Shown here: piece after piece, positions 1 to 13,998 of the stretch
Position numbering within the stretch: position 1 is the first letter of the stretch
Layout: every line of letters starts with the position of its first letter
Source of the DNA: Octopus bimaculoides
Lineage: Eukaryota
NCBI RefSeq assembly: GCF_001194135.2
Contig: NC_068981.1
Coordinates: 56,956,678-57,020,677 of the forward strand
Direction of reading: 5' to 3'
Length of the DNA stretch: 64,000 nt
Position numbers and translations under genes: made by a program
The notes under the pieces: generated by a model
Databases searched by the model: none
Seen by the model: only the letters and a program-made list of their open reading frames with translations
What the model was told of the DNA's origin: nothing

Positions 1-27
1 GAGGAGGAGGAGGAGGAGGAGGAGGAT

Positions 28-931
28 AACGGTGGTATATACTGCTGAAACACGAAGAAGTCCGGCGTCATCAAAACTAAAATTGTGTAACTAAAGAAAA
101 ATTTAAACAAGAAATGGACATAAAAAAGCATGGAAGGAAAAAAAAAATGTACGGTCAGTTTGCAAGAGTTATGAACACCAAGACAGATGCAGAGGACCGG
201 TGACTATGGATGAGGAGGAGTGACCTGAAGACAGAGAGAGAAGCACTCATATGCACAGCTCAGGAACGAGGTTTAAGGTCCAATTATACGAAGTTTAGAA
301 TAGACAACACTACCGACAGCGACAAATGTAGAATGTGTGGTGAGAGGGGTGAAACGGTATGCCTGAAATTGGCACAACGCGAATAAGAAAGGCGCCTTGA
401 CAATGTGGCAAGAATGATCCATTGGAAACTCTGTGGAAATCACGGCCTACAAAGAGCAAAGACGTGGTATCAACAAACCCCTAAAGGGGTCACCGAAAAT
501 GAGAACTGCAAAATCCTGTGGGATGCAATGATCCAGTGCGATCATCCGACCGGACATTATTGTGGTGAATGAAAAGAAAGAGCATGTATGATAATGCCCC
601 GGTGACAACAGGATCAATGTGAAATAAGAAGAAAAAATAAACAATATGACGATTTAAAGTGGGGAATACAAAGGTTGTGGTCAATGAAGGGAGTAGACGT
701 GATACCAACAGTAGGTGCATTTGGAAATATCAGCACTCAGCTACCAACATGGCTGAAAAAGATTGGTGCAATTGAGAAGGCAGAACATCTACAAAAATCA
801 GCATTGCTTGGAACTGCAAGAATTTTTCGCAGGGTTCTTGAAACATGACCAGTAAACCAAGTATCACCTTAGTCTGTTGGCTGTGGACAGCCGACACTTT
901 CCAGTATACTCAGCAATATAAACTGTGAGTT

Positions 932-932
<1 letters not shown>
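28..932 (+). mobile_element. 5'-truncated R4/Dong-like non-LTR retrotransposon, 3' end (zinc knuckle + restriction-like endonuclease), decayed
   Basis: Manual translation with stops and shifts: MYGQFARV...EALICTAQE...CRMCGERGETV..LAQRE..RRLDNVARMIHWKLCG...KILWD...PDIIVV...LQKSALLGTARIFRRVLET*, stop at 846-848. This is the CCHC + RLE architecture. The 3' UTR ends directly at (TAA)n. Confidence 0.85.

Positions 933-990
<58 letters not shown>
933..990. repeat. (TAA)n microsatellite
   Basis: Perfect taa array between two R4-like 3' ends. Confidence 0.95.
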
Positions 991-991
<1 letters not shown>

Positions 992-1255
992 GCTGAAGTT
1001 CAAAAGATAGTGCTCATGGGAACTGCCCATATCCTACGTAAAATACTGTCTATGTGATCTCAAATTTTAAAACAAACACATAATTTTCTTATGGTTTCTT
1101 AAACATTCACTAGAACAAAACTGTATAAATCCAAATATATGGTACCCTACGCATAACACCTACATGAACTTCTAACTTGTTGTCTCTTGAGGTCTCTGGG
1201 TGAGACTTGGATCCAACTTGTACAAATGCAAAACAAAAGTCAAACATAAAATAAT
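991..1255 (+). mobile_element. Very short R4/Dong-like 3' fragment (different subfamily)
   Basis: AEVQKIVLMGTAHILRKILSM* (992-1057) is homologous to the LQKSALLGTARIFRRVL terminus of the upstream element; a 3' UTR and a degenerate AAT array follow. Confidence 0.7.
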
Positions 1256-1880
1256 AATAATAATATGAATATGAATAATGATAATAATAACAACATCAGC
1301 AATAATAATGGTATGGTTGGTCTTTCGAAGAACTGTGAATCCGGTGTCATTTTCACTGTGATTGTCTTGAAGAGGAACCACCTCTCCTAGTCTTCGACAA
1401 CAATTCGTCGTTTATATAGGGCGATTTCTCTCTCTTTTTGATCAATTTAGAAAACTATTTTTTTCCAGCTACCTTTATACCCTCCTCATCACAAAACAAT
1501 GGTTGTCACTGCTAGTTAAGGTAAAGAGACAGGGTGCACGCGAACGCAGCCATTATTGCTAATAAGAACATTATTTTTTGATTTCATTGTCAATATTTTT
1601 CTCCCATGTGTGTCTCGTGAAAAAGAAAGTTTCATTTCATTTATTTTGATTTTTCTTTGTTTTTCACTTTATTTTGGGGACGTATGTATTGTTGTTGTTA
1701 CTGACGTTTTTATTTACAAGTGTCCAAAGGGAAAACAAAATATTAAAAATCCACCTTCGTTTATTTTGGTGAAAACTTTACTCCAAATTCACTCCTGTTT
1801 TGTATAATCTTAATGAAGAAAAAATTCTCTTTACTTAGCTATGAAGAGCCATCATGAAAGACGTCTTGACAGGTGAACAG

Positions 1881-1881
1881 G

Positions 1882-1957
<76 letters not shown>

Positions 1958-2230
1958 TAGTAGTAGGAGGAGGAGGAGNNNNNNNNNNNNNNNNNNNNNN
2001 NNNNNNNNNNNNNNNNNNNNNNNNNNNNNNNNNNNNNNNNNNNNNNNNNNNNNNNNNNNNNNNNNNNNNNNNNNNNNNNNNNNNNNNNNNNNNNNNNNNN
2101 NNNNNNNNNNNNNNNNNNNNNNNNNNNNNNNNNNNNNNNNNNNNNNNNNGGAGGAGGAAGAGAGGAGGAGGAAGAGAGGAGGAGGAAGAGAGGAGGAGGA
2201 AGAGAGGAGGAGGAAGAGAGGAGGAGGAAG
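1881..2230. repeat. (GTA)n and (GGA/GAA)-compound microsatellites around an N gap
   Basis: Direct sequence. Confidence 0.95.
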
Positions 2231-2235
2231 GGGTG

Positions 2236-2400
2236 ACTCTCTTTATTGGCCACAAGGGTTCAAAAGATGAATATAACATGAATGTTAAAGACAAAGGGGT
2301 TTAAAATACATGTGGAGTTGGATAAAATTATAAAAGAGGGAGGACGTTGTACAATGGACGGATTAACAATTTAATAAAGCATCAAAGACATATAAAATCA
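2236..2400 (-). mobile_element. 3' end fragment of the Tx1/L1-like LINE family seen at 48464-49240
   Basis: Shares ctttattggccacaa...gagggg-type terminus with 48464-48540 and also abuts a microsatellite. Confidence 0.5.
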
Positions 2401-2459
2401 GTAGAAAACATACAACAATTAAAATAGGATGCATAATATAAATTTGAAAGGCCATTTAG

Positions 2460-3180
2460 GGATACCCGCCCATTTAGGTTACCCGCCCATTAACGGATGT
2501 GAACCCACATCCTCCGCTATTTCCAGTATTGTGACTGATAGTGTTCTGGAAACTGGAATCTGCGGATAATGTTGTTGTCTCAGTTGCTTTCTGCTACATT
2601 CCTCTCTCTACCGTTTATCTATTTTCCCCTAGTTTTTCAATCAAAACATCGTCAAGTGGCTTTTATTACCAAATACGTAACAATAAGACATTTTGTCCTA
2701 CGCCATCAGTCTTACACCCTTTGTCTCGATATCTTCATCTGGGTACAACTTCGGAACACCTTCCAGCCTTTAGAGGTCATTAGGATTTACACCCTTACAA
2801 CCAACTGTTACCTGCAAATTTCTGCCGATATTTTTTGGAGCATTTCTTTCACTTGGTGTTTTGAGGTAGAAACTTCCGCCATTACTTTTAAAGCACGGAT
2901 ATTTTTGCCTTTCTTTCTTTTCTTTATTCTCACTCGGATTAGATCATGGATGAAAAACACACTAACTGCTTTTACGAATTTTTGAAAGTCGTTTCTTTTT
3001 ACCTGGAATTTTGTCAAATTCATAAATTTCGCATGTGACGACAGAGGTAAAACTGGGCCTTTAACACAGCTACTATGTCCACTGTCTAAGATATTTGCAT
3101 GAGTGCAACTGTTGTTGTTATTGTTGCTGCTGCTTAAACTTCTCTTGTTGAAAATATTTGATAAATTGTTCAAGATAATT
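2460..3180 (-). mobile_element. Possible decayed DNA transposon 3' part (pogo-like)
   Basis: Tandem g(a/t)tacccgcccatt motifs at 2462-2492; minus-strand fragments KKRKKGK.. and DDVLIEKL...RRFQF resemble transposase C-terminal regions. Confidence 0.3.
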
Positions 3181-3459
3181 CCTTTTACTGTTAAGTGTTC
3201 ATTGAAATATTTATGTTATCTTTCGAGGTTAAATATGGTTAAAAGGTGAAAACCAAATAAAGCATAAAGTCTCTAAAGGAAAACTTTTTTTCTAATCAAC
3301 ACCAGACAGCAAAGCGAAGATCCACAAGTACCTAAAGTCCTTATTGAAAAGTATTCCAAAGAAAGAAATTTTCGTTTGTTAATTCTTGAGAAGTAGAATG
3401 TAGTCACGATTTAACAAAAAAAGAACAGTTTTAAATGTATCGATAAGTATGTGTGTGTG

Positions 3460-4550
3460 TATACATACATACATACATAAATGGCAATTTTTGTCTGGTT
3501 GTGGCTCTGTGTGTGTGCTTGTGAATTTGTTACTTTAACTCCTCCGAGTGACATGTGTGGGAGCGGGGGCTTATGCCCATGCGGTCACTTACGCACCTGG
3601 AATTTCAAAAACATCGATAATTTTTGATCAGCAGCGGTTTTTCAAAAACCAATAGGACATTTCAATGCAAATTTTCATAGAAATGCTATTTCTGCCATAA
3701 CTTTTAAAGTTTTCAACCGATTTTCTTGAAATTTTATACACAGATGGAATATGGGCTAAGAATGGGTTGAAACAAATAAATTTTTACCTAGGTCACTCAA
3801 GCAAAGCGTAAGAGGATTTTTGATTAACGAAATTTGACCTAAATTGTTGTGAGGTTAAAATGTTCATCAATTATTTCATCATTCTCAGGTTGCTGTAACG
3901 TGTATTTTCTTAACATCTGCACTTAAAATTATCGATTCTAAATGTTGCAGCGTTGTGTGCTAAAACATGTAACATGTATATTCTTAACACTTGTACTTAA
4001 CACTTGTACTTAAAATTGTCGGTTCTAACCGTTGCAATCAATATCTGATTCTCGTGATCAGTAGAACTATACGTCAAATTAAGTGCATGTGCACCTACAA
4101 TTTTCTCTGAGATTGTAAGAGAATTTGCGCAAAAATGACGAAAATCGTCATTTTTGTTTGCTTTTTATCTTCTTCATAACTTTTTACGATTCTTATGACC
4201 ACCACGTTTTTGCCTCTGCACTCCAGCCGGTTTTTGTAAGTATAAAATCTCTTTTCTCTAAATAATTTTTTGTTTATTTTTCAAACTTTTATGTTCATTT
4301 TTTTTTCATAGCATTCCTTCTGATGTTTCCATTGATTATATATTTGCAGCTTTCCACTCATCTGACCAAACGATCGTCATTTTCTGATTCCACACGTATT
4401 TATTTGTATTATTGTTTCTTGAATGAATTTGCTTACGTCTTCTATTATCTGTCCTATGTCTTGATTTCATTTTTCGCCTGAGAGAAATTAAGCATTGTAA
4501 TGGGCGCTGGTAACATTTCCACTCCCGGGTATTACTGAGTACCTCAGCTA

Positions 4551-4551
<1 letters not shown>
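3460..4551 (+). mobile_element. Non-autonomous Helitron-like element
   Basis: 5' part has a tgtctg/gtgt simple-repeat start and ataacttt...caaccgattttcttgaaattt motif typical of such elements; 3' end is ctgag-tac-ctcag hairpin, then CTAG (4548-4551), then T. Confidence 0.5.
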
Positions 4552-4593
<42 letters not shown>

Positions 4594-4601
4594 CACACAC
4601 C

Positions 4602-4645
<44 letters not shown>
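4552..4645. repeat. (TA)n/(CA)n compound microsatellite
   Basis: Direct sequence. Confidence 0.95.
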
Positions 4646-4890
4646 ATATAACATTATATATTATAGAGATACAATCTCTATAATATTCTATATGTATATA
4701 TACTAGCACAGACGTACAATCTTCAAGGTAGCATGTTTTACGTTGTATTGATATCATTGTACCATATATACATGTGGTATGCATGTGGAAAGAATTCTGG
4801 AATGACATGCCACATGAATGTAAAACATAAAGTAGAGCTATAAGATGAAATGAATTATAATGCAATGAAAAGATACTGCCAATACATATT

Positions 4891-5086
4891 TTTCTCTACT
4901 CTAGGCACAAGGTCCGAAATTTTGGGGGAGGGGGCGTCGATTAGATTGACCCCAGTACACAACTGGTACTTAATTTATCGATCCCGAAAAGGATGAAAGG
5001 CAAAGTCGACCTCGGCGGAATTTGAACTCAGAACATAAAGACAGATGAAATACCGCTAAGCACTTCGCCCGGCGTGCTAACGTTTC
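4891..5086 (-). mobile_element. tRNA-derived SINE, family A
   Basis: Minus strand has a B-box (gagttcaaattcc) and the central cctttcatcctt..ggg.tcgataaa..aagtaccag domain; at least 15 homologous copies in the window. Confidence 0.9.
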
Positions 5087-5244
5087 TTATTTCTTTATTG
5101 CCCACAAGGGACTAAACACAGAGGGGACAAACAAGGACAGACAAACGGATTAAATCGATTACATCGACCCCAGTGCGTAACTGGTGCTTAATTTATCGAC
5201 CCCGAAAGGACGAAAGGCGAAGTCGACCTCGGCGGAATTTGAAC
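5087..5244 (-). mobile_element. SINE family A partial copy with an alternative (Tx1-like) 3' tail
   Basis: Central domain matches family A, runs into the gap; 3' end ttctttattgcccacaaggg resembles the LINE terminus at 2236 and 48464. Confidence 0.7.
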
Positions 5245-6180
5245 NNNNNNNNNNNNNNNNNNNNNNNNNNNNNNNNNNNNNNNNNNNNNNNNNNNNNNNN
5301 NNNNNNNNNNNNNNNNNNNNNNNNNNNNNNNNNNNNNNNNNNNNNNNNNNNNNNNNNNNNNNNNNNNNNNNNNNNNNNNNNNNNNNNNNNNNNNNNNNNN
5401 NNNNNNNNNNNNNNNNNNNNNNNNNNNNNNNNNNNNNNNNNNNNNNNNNNNNNNNNNNNNNNNNNNNNNNNNNNNNNNNNNNNNNNNNNNNNNNNNNNNN
5501 NNNNNNNNNNNNNNNNNNNNNNNNNNNNNNNNNNNNNNNNNNNNNNNNNNNNNNNNNNNNNNNNNNNNNNNNNNNNNNNNNNNNNNNNNNNNNNNNNNNN
5601 NNNNNNNNNNNNNNNNNNNNNNNNNNNNNNNNNNNNNNNNNNNNNNNNNNNNNNNNNNNNNNNNNNNNNNNNNNNNNNNNNNNNNNNNNNNNNNNNNNNN
5701 NNNNNNNNNNNNNNNNNNNNNNNNNNNNNNNNNNNNNNNNNNNNNNNNNNNNNNNNNNNNNNNNNNNNNNNNNNNNNNNNNNNNNNNNNNNNNNNNNNNN
5801 NNNNNNNNNNNNNNNNNNNNNNNNNNNNNNNNNNNNNNNNNNNNNNNNNNNNNNNNNNNNNNNNNNNNNNNNNNNNNNNNNNNNNNNNNNNNNNNNNNNN
5901 NNNNNNNNNNNNNNNNNNNNNNNNNNNNNNNNNNNNNNNNNNNNNNNNNNNNNNNNNNNNNNNNNNNNNNNNNNNNNNNNNNNNNNNNNNNNNNNNNNNN
6001 NNNNNNNNNNNNNNNNNNNNNNNNNNNNNNNNNNNNNNNNNNNNNNNNNNNNNNNNNNNNNNNNNNNNNNNNNNNNNNNNNNNNNNNNNNNNNNNNNNNN
6101 NNNNNNNNNNNNNNNNNNNNNNNNNTATATATATACATGTGGTGCGTATGTATGTATGTATGTATGTATGTATGTATGTA

Positions 6181-6237
<57 letters not shown>

Positions 6238-6319
6238 GTGTGTATGTATGTGTGTGTATATGTATGCATGTATGCATGAATGTATGTATACAATCCTTTA
6301 TCTGAAATTAGGAAATTCA

Positions 6320-6520
6320 AAACTCTCAAAATCAGAATGTTTTTCTAGTGAGAGAATCACCAAGCACCAGAATGTGTTTCAGAAGGTGTCCCGGTGATTT
6401 TTCAGATTCTTGAACAGCATGTTGGCACCAGAGAAAAGAGATGTGGGTGTGGAAAGCTTCCAAAAGGAGTTTCATACTAATGTAGTCGCGAATCTATGGA
6501 ATCAAGTAATTAAATGTACT
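6320..6520 (+). mobile_element. Decayed CR1-like LINE 3' fragment
   Basis: F..NVVANLWNQ resembles the CR1 F..RV.N.WN.L motif; weak. Confidence 0.3.
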
Positions 6521-6569
6521 CTTGCGCTTGCCTGGTAAAAAAATCTGGCCAACAAGTATGTTCAGTGAT

Positions 6570-6790
6570 AATAATCCTTTCTACTATAAGCAGAATGTTT
6601 GAAACTTTGGTAAAGGAAGATAGTCGATTATATCGATTCCAGGGATCAACTGGCACTTATCTCATCCACCCGGAAAGGATGAAAGACAAATTAAACCTTG
6701 GTGTGGAATTTGACCTCAGAACATAAAGGCGGACGAAATGCCGCTAAACATTTTGTCTGGCATGCAAATGATTCTGCCAGCTTACCGTCT
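6570..6790 (-). mobile_element. SINE family A
   Basis: Full-length diverged homologue of 4891-5086. Confidence 0.85.
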
Positions 6791-6802
6791 TGATAATAAT
6801 AA

Positions 6803-6925
6803 TAATCCTTTCTACTAAATCACAAGGCCTGAAATTTGTGGGGAGAGGCCAAGTCGAATAAATTGACCGCAGTGCTCAACTGGTACTTATTTTGTCGACC
6901 CCAAAAGAGTGAAAGGTGGTTTTGG
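6803..6925 (-). mobile_element. SINE family A, 5'-truncated
   Basis: cacaaggcctgaaatt...actggtacttattttgtcgacccc. Confidence 0.8.
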
Positions 6926-6934
6926 TGGTGGTTT

Positions 6935-7143
6935 CTAACTTTGGCACAAGGCCAGCAATTCGGGAGAAGTAGGTAAGTCGAAGACATTGACACCAGTGCT
7001 CAACTGATACTTATCTTATGGACCTCGAATAGATGAAAGGCAAAGTCGACCTCGGCGGAATTTGAACACAGACCATAAGGACGGACGAAATACCGCTAAG
7101 TAGTTTGTCCGGCGTATTATCGATGCTGCCATCTGGCTGCCTT
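6935..7143 (-). mobile_element. SINE family A
   Basis: aaaggcaaagtcgacctcggcggaatttgaac...gaaataccgctaag. Confidence 0.88.
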
Positions 7144-8492
7144 ATGTTCAGTGATAATAATCTTTTCTACCCTAGGCACAAAGCCGGGAATTTTGGGGGA
7201 GGGACCAGTGATAATAATGCCAAAAGAATGAATTCGAAGAAGAGCTGTGTGTCAAGTGAGAAAAAACATTGTCAGTCATTTTTATATAAGCAAAAACTAC
7301 TCGGTTAAAATCCCTCTATATGCTGAGTGAAGCGAATATCAAAGGCTTTTATCATCAACAATGACACTTCACAGTCGATTCCGCAGGTATTGATGAAATT
7401 GGGGAAATCGTGACGATGACAGTAATGATGAAGATGACGCGGTTTACATACTAGTAACGATGTCCATAGCTAACACAGTTAAAGTGTAAGATTAACTTAC
7501 TGAAGGTGTAGAGCAGCCTCCGTTCGTTAGAGAACAAGAAACAACGGCGTTGTATAAAATTAATGAGGGATTTCTATGACAAAAACCGTTGTTGATATGA
7601 TAGATATCATTTCGTATTCATTTCGAAAATATAAAATAATTTGTGTGTGGGGGGGGGGGGGGGGTATGTGCAAGTGTCTGGATGGGAGACAGAGTGGGTG
7701 CTAAGAACTGAGGGTAAAACATAATTAGAAACAAATAGGTGGAAATCATAAACAGTTTTATTGTAGGTTTCCTGTTTAATCAGTGCTATTAAATTACTAT
7801 TAAAATTGCGTCTACTTTACTTCTATATGCTTGGATATGTCTCTTTGTGTGGGGGCGCTGGGTGTTTATGCGCATGTAAGTATTTATATCTCTATTGTAG
7901 AAGTATGTGAATATCTTGTTTTATTTGGCAGACGTTCCTAATAATTCCCTTTGCATCACAGGTTTTTGTTTTCTTCTTCCTTTCCTACTCTCGACTCTTG
8001 ACTATTTTGTTACTGTTATTATTTATACCATATTTGTTATGTTTATTTCTTTGTGAACTACGTTGTTTGTTTGTTTTGTTTTGTTTTATTTTGTTTTTTT
8101 TTTGTTGTTTTTTTCTTGTCTCATTCAACTCAGCATCACCAATGATAACCAGTTTGCTCTAGGCATTGAACGTGTCTTATCAATACATGTCTTTGCCTTC
8201 AGAAAGGCTACTGCAAGCTGCGTTTCCATGTTGAAATATTGTTCATAATATTGATTTTGTTGTAATTTCAAGGGTATACAAGAAGTGATAAAAATGTCGC
8301 TTGCAATCGATCTGTAATCTAACTATTGCTATCATAGCAAATAAGGTAGCGAATTATTGTTCTAAGTACGTTCCATATGTGTTAAATATTTTGTGTTAGA
8401 AAGTGAAACGCCATATAAGTAATAAAGAAAATTATGATTAGCATGATGAAGAGGAGGAGCAAGTGCAAGAGATGTTAATAACAATAATAATA

Positions 8493-8708
8493 ACGGTTTC
8501 AAATTTTGCCACAAGGGCAGCATTCTGGGGGAGAGAATGAGTTGATAACATCGACTCCAGTGTTCAACTGGTACTTATTTTATCGACCCCGAAAAGATGA
8601 AAGGCAAAGTCAACCTCGATGGAATTTAAACTGAGAAAGTAGCGACGGGCGAAATGCCGCTAAGCATTTCGTCCAGCGCGCTAACGATTCTGCCAGCTCA
8701 CCGCCTTA
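8493..8708 (-). mobile_element. SINE family A
   Basis: Full length, ends at ctgccagctcaccgcctt (tRNA-like head on minus strand). Confidence 0.9.
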
Positions 8709-8795
8709 AATAATAACAATTATAGATGACATGGAGAAGGATGATGAAGATTTTGATGAATTTTTTTTTTAATAACAATAATAGCAACAATAAAA

Positions 8796-8990
8796 ATAAT
8801 CCTTTCTACTATAGGCACAAGGCCTGAAATTGTGGAAGACCCCAGTGCGTGACTGGTTGTTATTTCATCTACCCCGAAAAGATAAAAGGCAAGGTCGACC
8901 TCGGGGAAATTTAAACTCAGAACTCAGCGTCAGAAGAAATCCTGCTAGGCATTTTATCTGCGCAGTAATGATTTTACTAGCTCGCCACCT
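8796..8990 (-). mobile_element. SINE family A
   Basis: ctttctactataggcacaaggcctgaaatt...gtcgacctcggggaaatttaaactcag. Confidence 0.8.
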
Positions 8991-9019
8991 TAATCATAAT
9001 CCTAAAAATGATAATAACT

Positions 9020-9250
9020 CATTCTAATTTTTGCCCCAAGGCCAGCAATTTCGAGGGAAAAGTATTAGTTGATACCATATATTTCAGTACGTGTTAATGG
9101 TACTGGGATTTATGTACCATAGACTGGTATATAAACTGGTAATTTATTTCATCGACTCCGAGGGTTGAAAGGCAAAGTTGGCTTCGGTGAGATCTGAACT
9201 CACAATGTAAAGAGCTGGAACAAATATCATAAAGTATTTTTTCTGAAACT
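9020..9250 (-). mobile_element. SINE family A, decayed
   Basis: caaggccagcaatttc...gaaaggcaaagttggcttcggtgagatctgaactcac. Confidence 0.65.
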
Positions 9251-9938
9251 AAGCACCACCCGAGCAACGGAACACATCCTTTCCACAAGAATCGAAAGAA
9301 CAGACTCTCCTATCTGGTCAGATAATAACTGGGACAAGACACGACGTTCACTTGGTAATAAACAAAGAAACAGAGCAAACAGAGGGTAAAAATAACGTAT
9401 TTGCCATCACTGCTCGGTCTTTCAAGGATAGGTCTCTCTCAGCGGCTTCTAGAATTGTGGTGGCTGTTGTTGTTGCTGTAGGATATAATTCTGTGGCAGT
9501 TGTAGCTGTTATTGTTATTGCTACTGTTGTTTTTGTGGTTGCGGCTGTTTCAGCTGCTGTTGTTGTATCTGATATTCTTTTTAGTACTGTTGTTATTGTT
9601 GTGCTGCTGTTGTATGTGTGGCATTGGGCGGTATATTCGCTTTTGTCTTTTAATGCAGGCAGAAGGCTTTAAGATGAATTGTGGAACCACATGTCTAGTA
9701 CATAAGCCTTCTCCCTTCGACCACCATAAAGAGCTGCATGCTGTTTGTCAGTTTGATCTTGTCGAGAAAGGTTGCATGCCTCTCCTAGTTGGTTTGGATC
9801 AAGAGCACCATATCAATTTCAACTAGTTTTCTAGTCGCAGTTCCTCGACCTTCAGAATAGTCGTTAAATTTTAAGAATGAATTGAATTCTTGAAAAAACA
9901 AACGAGTAATGAAGTAATCACAAACTTACTGAGACAAC

Positions 9939-10131
9939 GAAGAAGAAGAAGAAGAAGAAGAAGAAGAAGAAGAAGAAGAAGAAGAAGAAGAAGAAGAAAA
10001 AGAAGAAGAAGAAGAAGAAGAAGAAGAAGNNNNNNNNNNAGAAGAAGAAGAAGAAGAAGAAAAAGAAGAAGAAGAAGAAGAAGAAGAAGAAGAAGAAGAA
10101 GAAGAAGAAGAAGAAGAAGAAGAAGAAGAAG
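9939..10131. repeat. (GAA)n microsatellite
   Basis: Direct sequence; small N gap inside. Confidence 0.95.
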
Positions 10132-10134
10132 ATT

Positions 10135-10884
10135 AAATGACATAGAATATCATTAGAGCAATAGATGCTGCAATATCGGGGCTTAAAAATTGTGTTGTAC
10201 TAGTAAAAGAAAGAATACTATCAGCTGCTAGAGATGTCCAAAGGGTTATTGAAACAGTAGAATTCACGAACAGAAGAACGACTCGCAAGGCAAACATATG
10301 GTAAAAATGGAATAACATGGCCAATTTATGCAACAAACCGAGGATGTTGGAAGTAAAGAACAGACGAAACTTGAAATGAGAGACCGAAACACTAATTATT
10401 GCCGCTCAGGAACAAGCCATTAGGGCGAATCTGATAAAGACAAAGATCGACAGATCTCAGTTGGAGAGCAACGTGAATGCAGTAAGCTAGCGCAAAAAGA
10501 CTGTATAGGTTATAGAGTGAATTAGGATATTGTTAGTAGATTGTGTGACTCCGAAATAACATGAACCAGAAGCTGTGATAGAGAATAAGACTTACAGGAT
10601 TCTATGGAACTTCCCCTTAAAGGCTGACCATACTATTGGAACAAGAAGACCAAATATTACTATAGAAGACATAAAATAAACATTGTAAGATCATGGATCT
10701 TGCAATACCATATAACAGAGTGAATACCAAAGAAATTGAAAAAATTGGAGAAGTAACAGACCTAGCTAAAGAGATAAAGAGATTGTGGAAGACAAAAACA
10801 ACAATCATTTCTGTGGTAATCAGTGCACTTAGCACAACACTCAAACAGCTATCTATTCTCTCTTCTCCTAGGCCAATAAAATAA
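10135..10884 (+). mobile_element. R4/Dong-like retrotransposon 3' segment (post-RT region + RLE), decayed
   Basis: HGQFMQQT...ETLIIAAQEQAIRANLIK...EPEAVIENKTYRILWNF...MDLAIPYNRVNTKEIEKI..DLAKEIKRLW; homologous to 28-848. Confidence 0.8.
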
Positions 10885-10899
10885 ATGTATGGAATAGTA

Positions 10900-13130
<2,231 letters not shown>

Positions 13131-13199
13131 TTAACATATTTTGTCTGAAGTAGTTTCTGCTATACTACTTTCCTTAGTTTGAGAAAGTTTTTTTTCTTT

Positions 13200-13287
<88 letters not shown>
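13200..13287. repeat. (GA)n microsatellite
   Basis: Direct sequence. Confidence 0.95.
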
Positions 13288-13289
<2 letters not shown>

Positions 13290-13998
13290 CTGCTGTTCTG
13301 TTTACCGTTTTGCAAAATTTTATTCATTTTGGGTCGTTGTATTTCTCTTCATAAGATCATTTTACTGTTAATACAAATCTCTATACAATTACAAAGTTGC
13401 TTCGGCTTATTTTGTCGCAAGCTTTTACTTTTTTCTTCTCTGTGCATTTTCACGTCGCTTTTATAGTAGCTGTGTGTGTTGGTAGTAATGTGGCTATGTA
13501 ACACTTTACGTGTAACACTGTAAAGGTACTGTAGCTTTTTTATAAACTTTTTTATTATTCTGGTGGATGTCAGCAATAGGAAGCGGACCTCTGTGTGTGG
13601 TGGTGAGTTAAACTCGAGAGAAAACACTGCTTCAAGCGTTTTTAATTAGGTTGATAACAAAGTTACATTAAACACGTATTGTAGCACGCATCACAAATGC
13701 TCCGTTCAGTACTACTGTGGTGCTACTCAGTATTCCACTTTCCATCTAAATATTGTTTGTTAGCCAAGACAATGTACTGGAGTGTAAACGAGAACCCCAT
13801 TTCCCTTCTTGAGGCCACCAGACAAGAATTGGAAGGATCCAGTCCATGATTAGATTCATCGAAGAGTCAGATGTATTGGCAATTAAAGTTAGTGAACGGC
13901 AAAGTGTGGTAATCTAACAGCCACATAACATTACATGGTATGATTTACTTGACGGCTTGAATATACAACATACAATAAACATAAATGTATGTTTAGAA

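Noticed and set aside
9352-9826. Hydrophobic Val/Leu-rich ORFs resembling membrane proteins
   Set aside because: Derived from a degenerate (GTT/GCT)n low-complexity tract; the same applies to 39311-39625, 52656-53123 and 56791-56994
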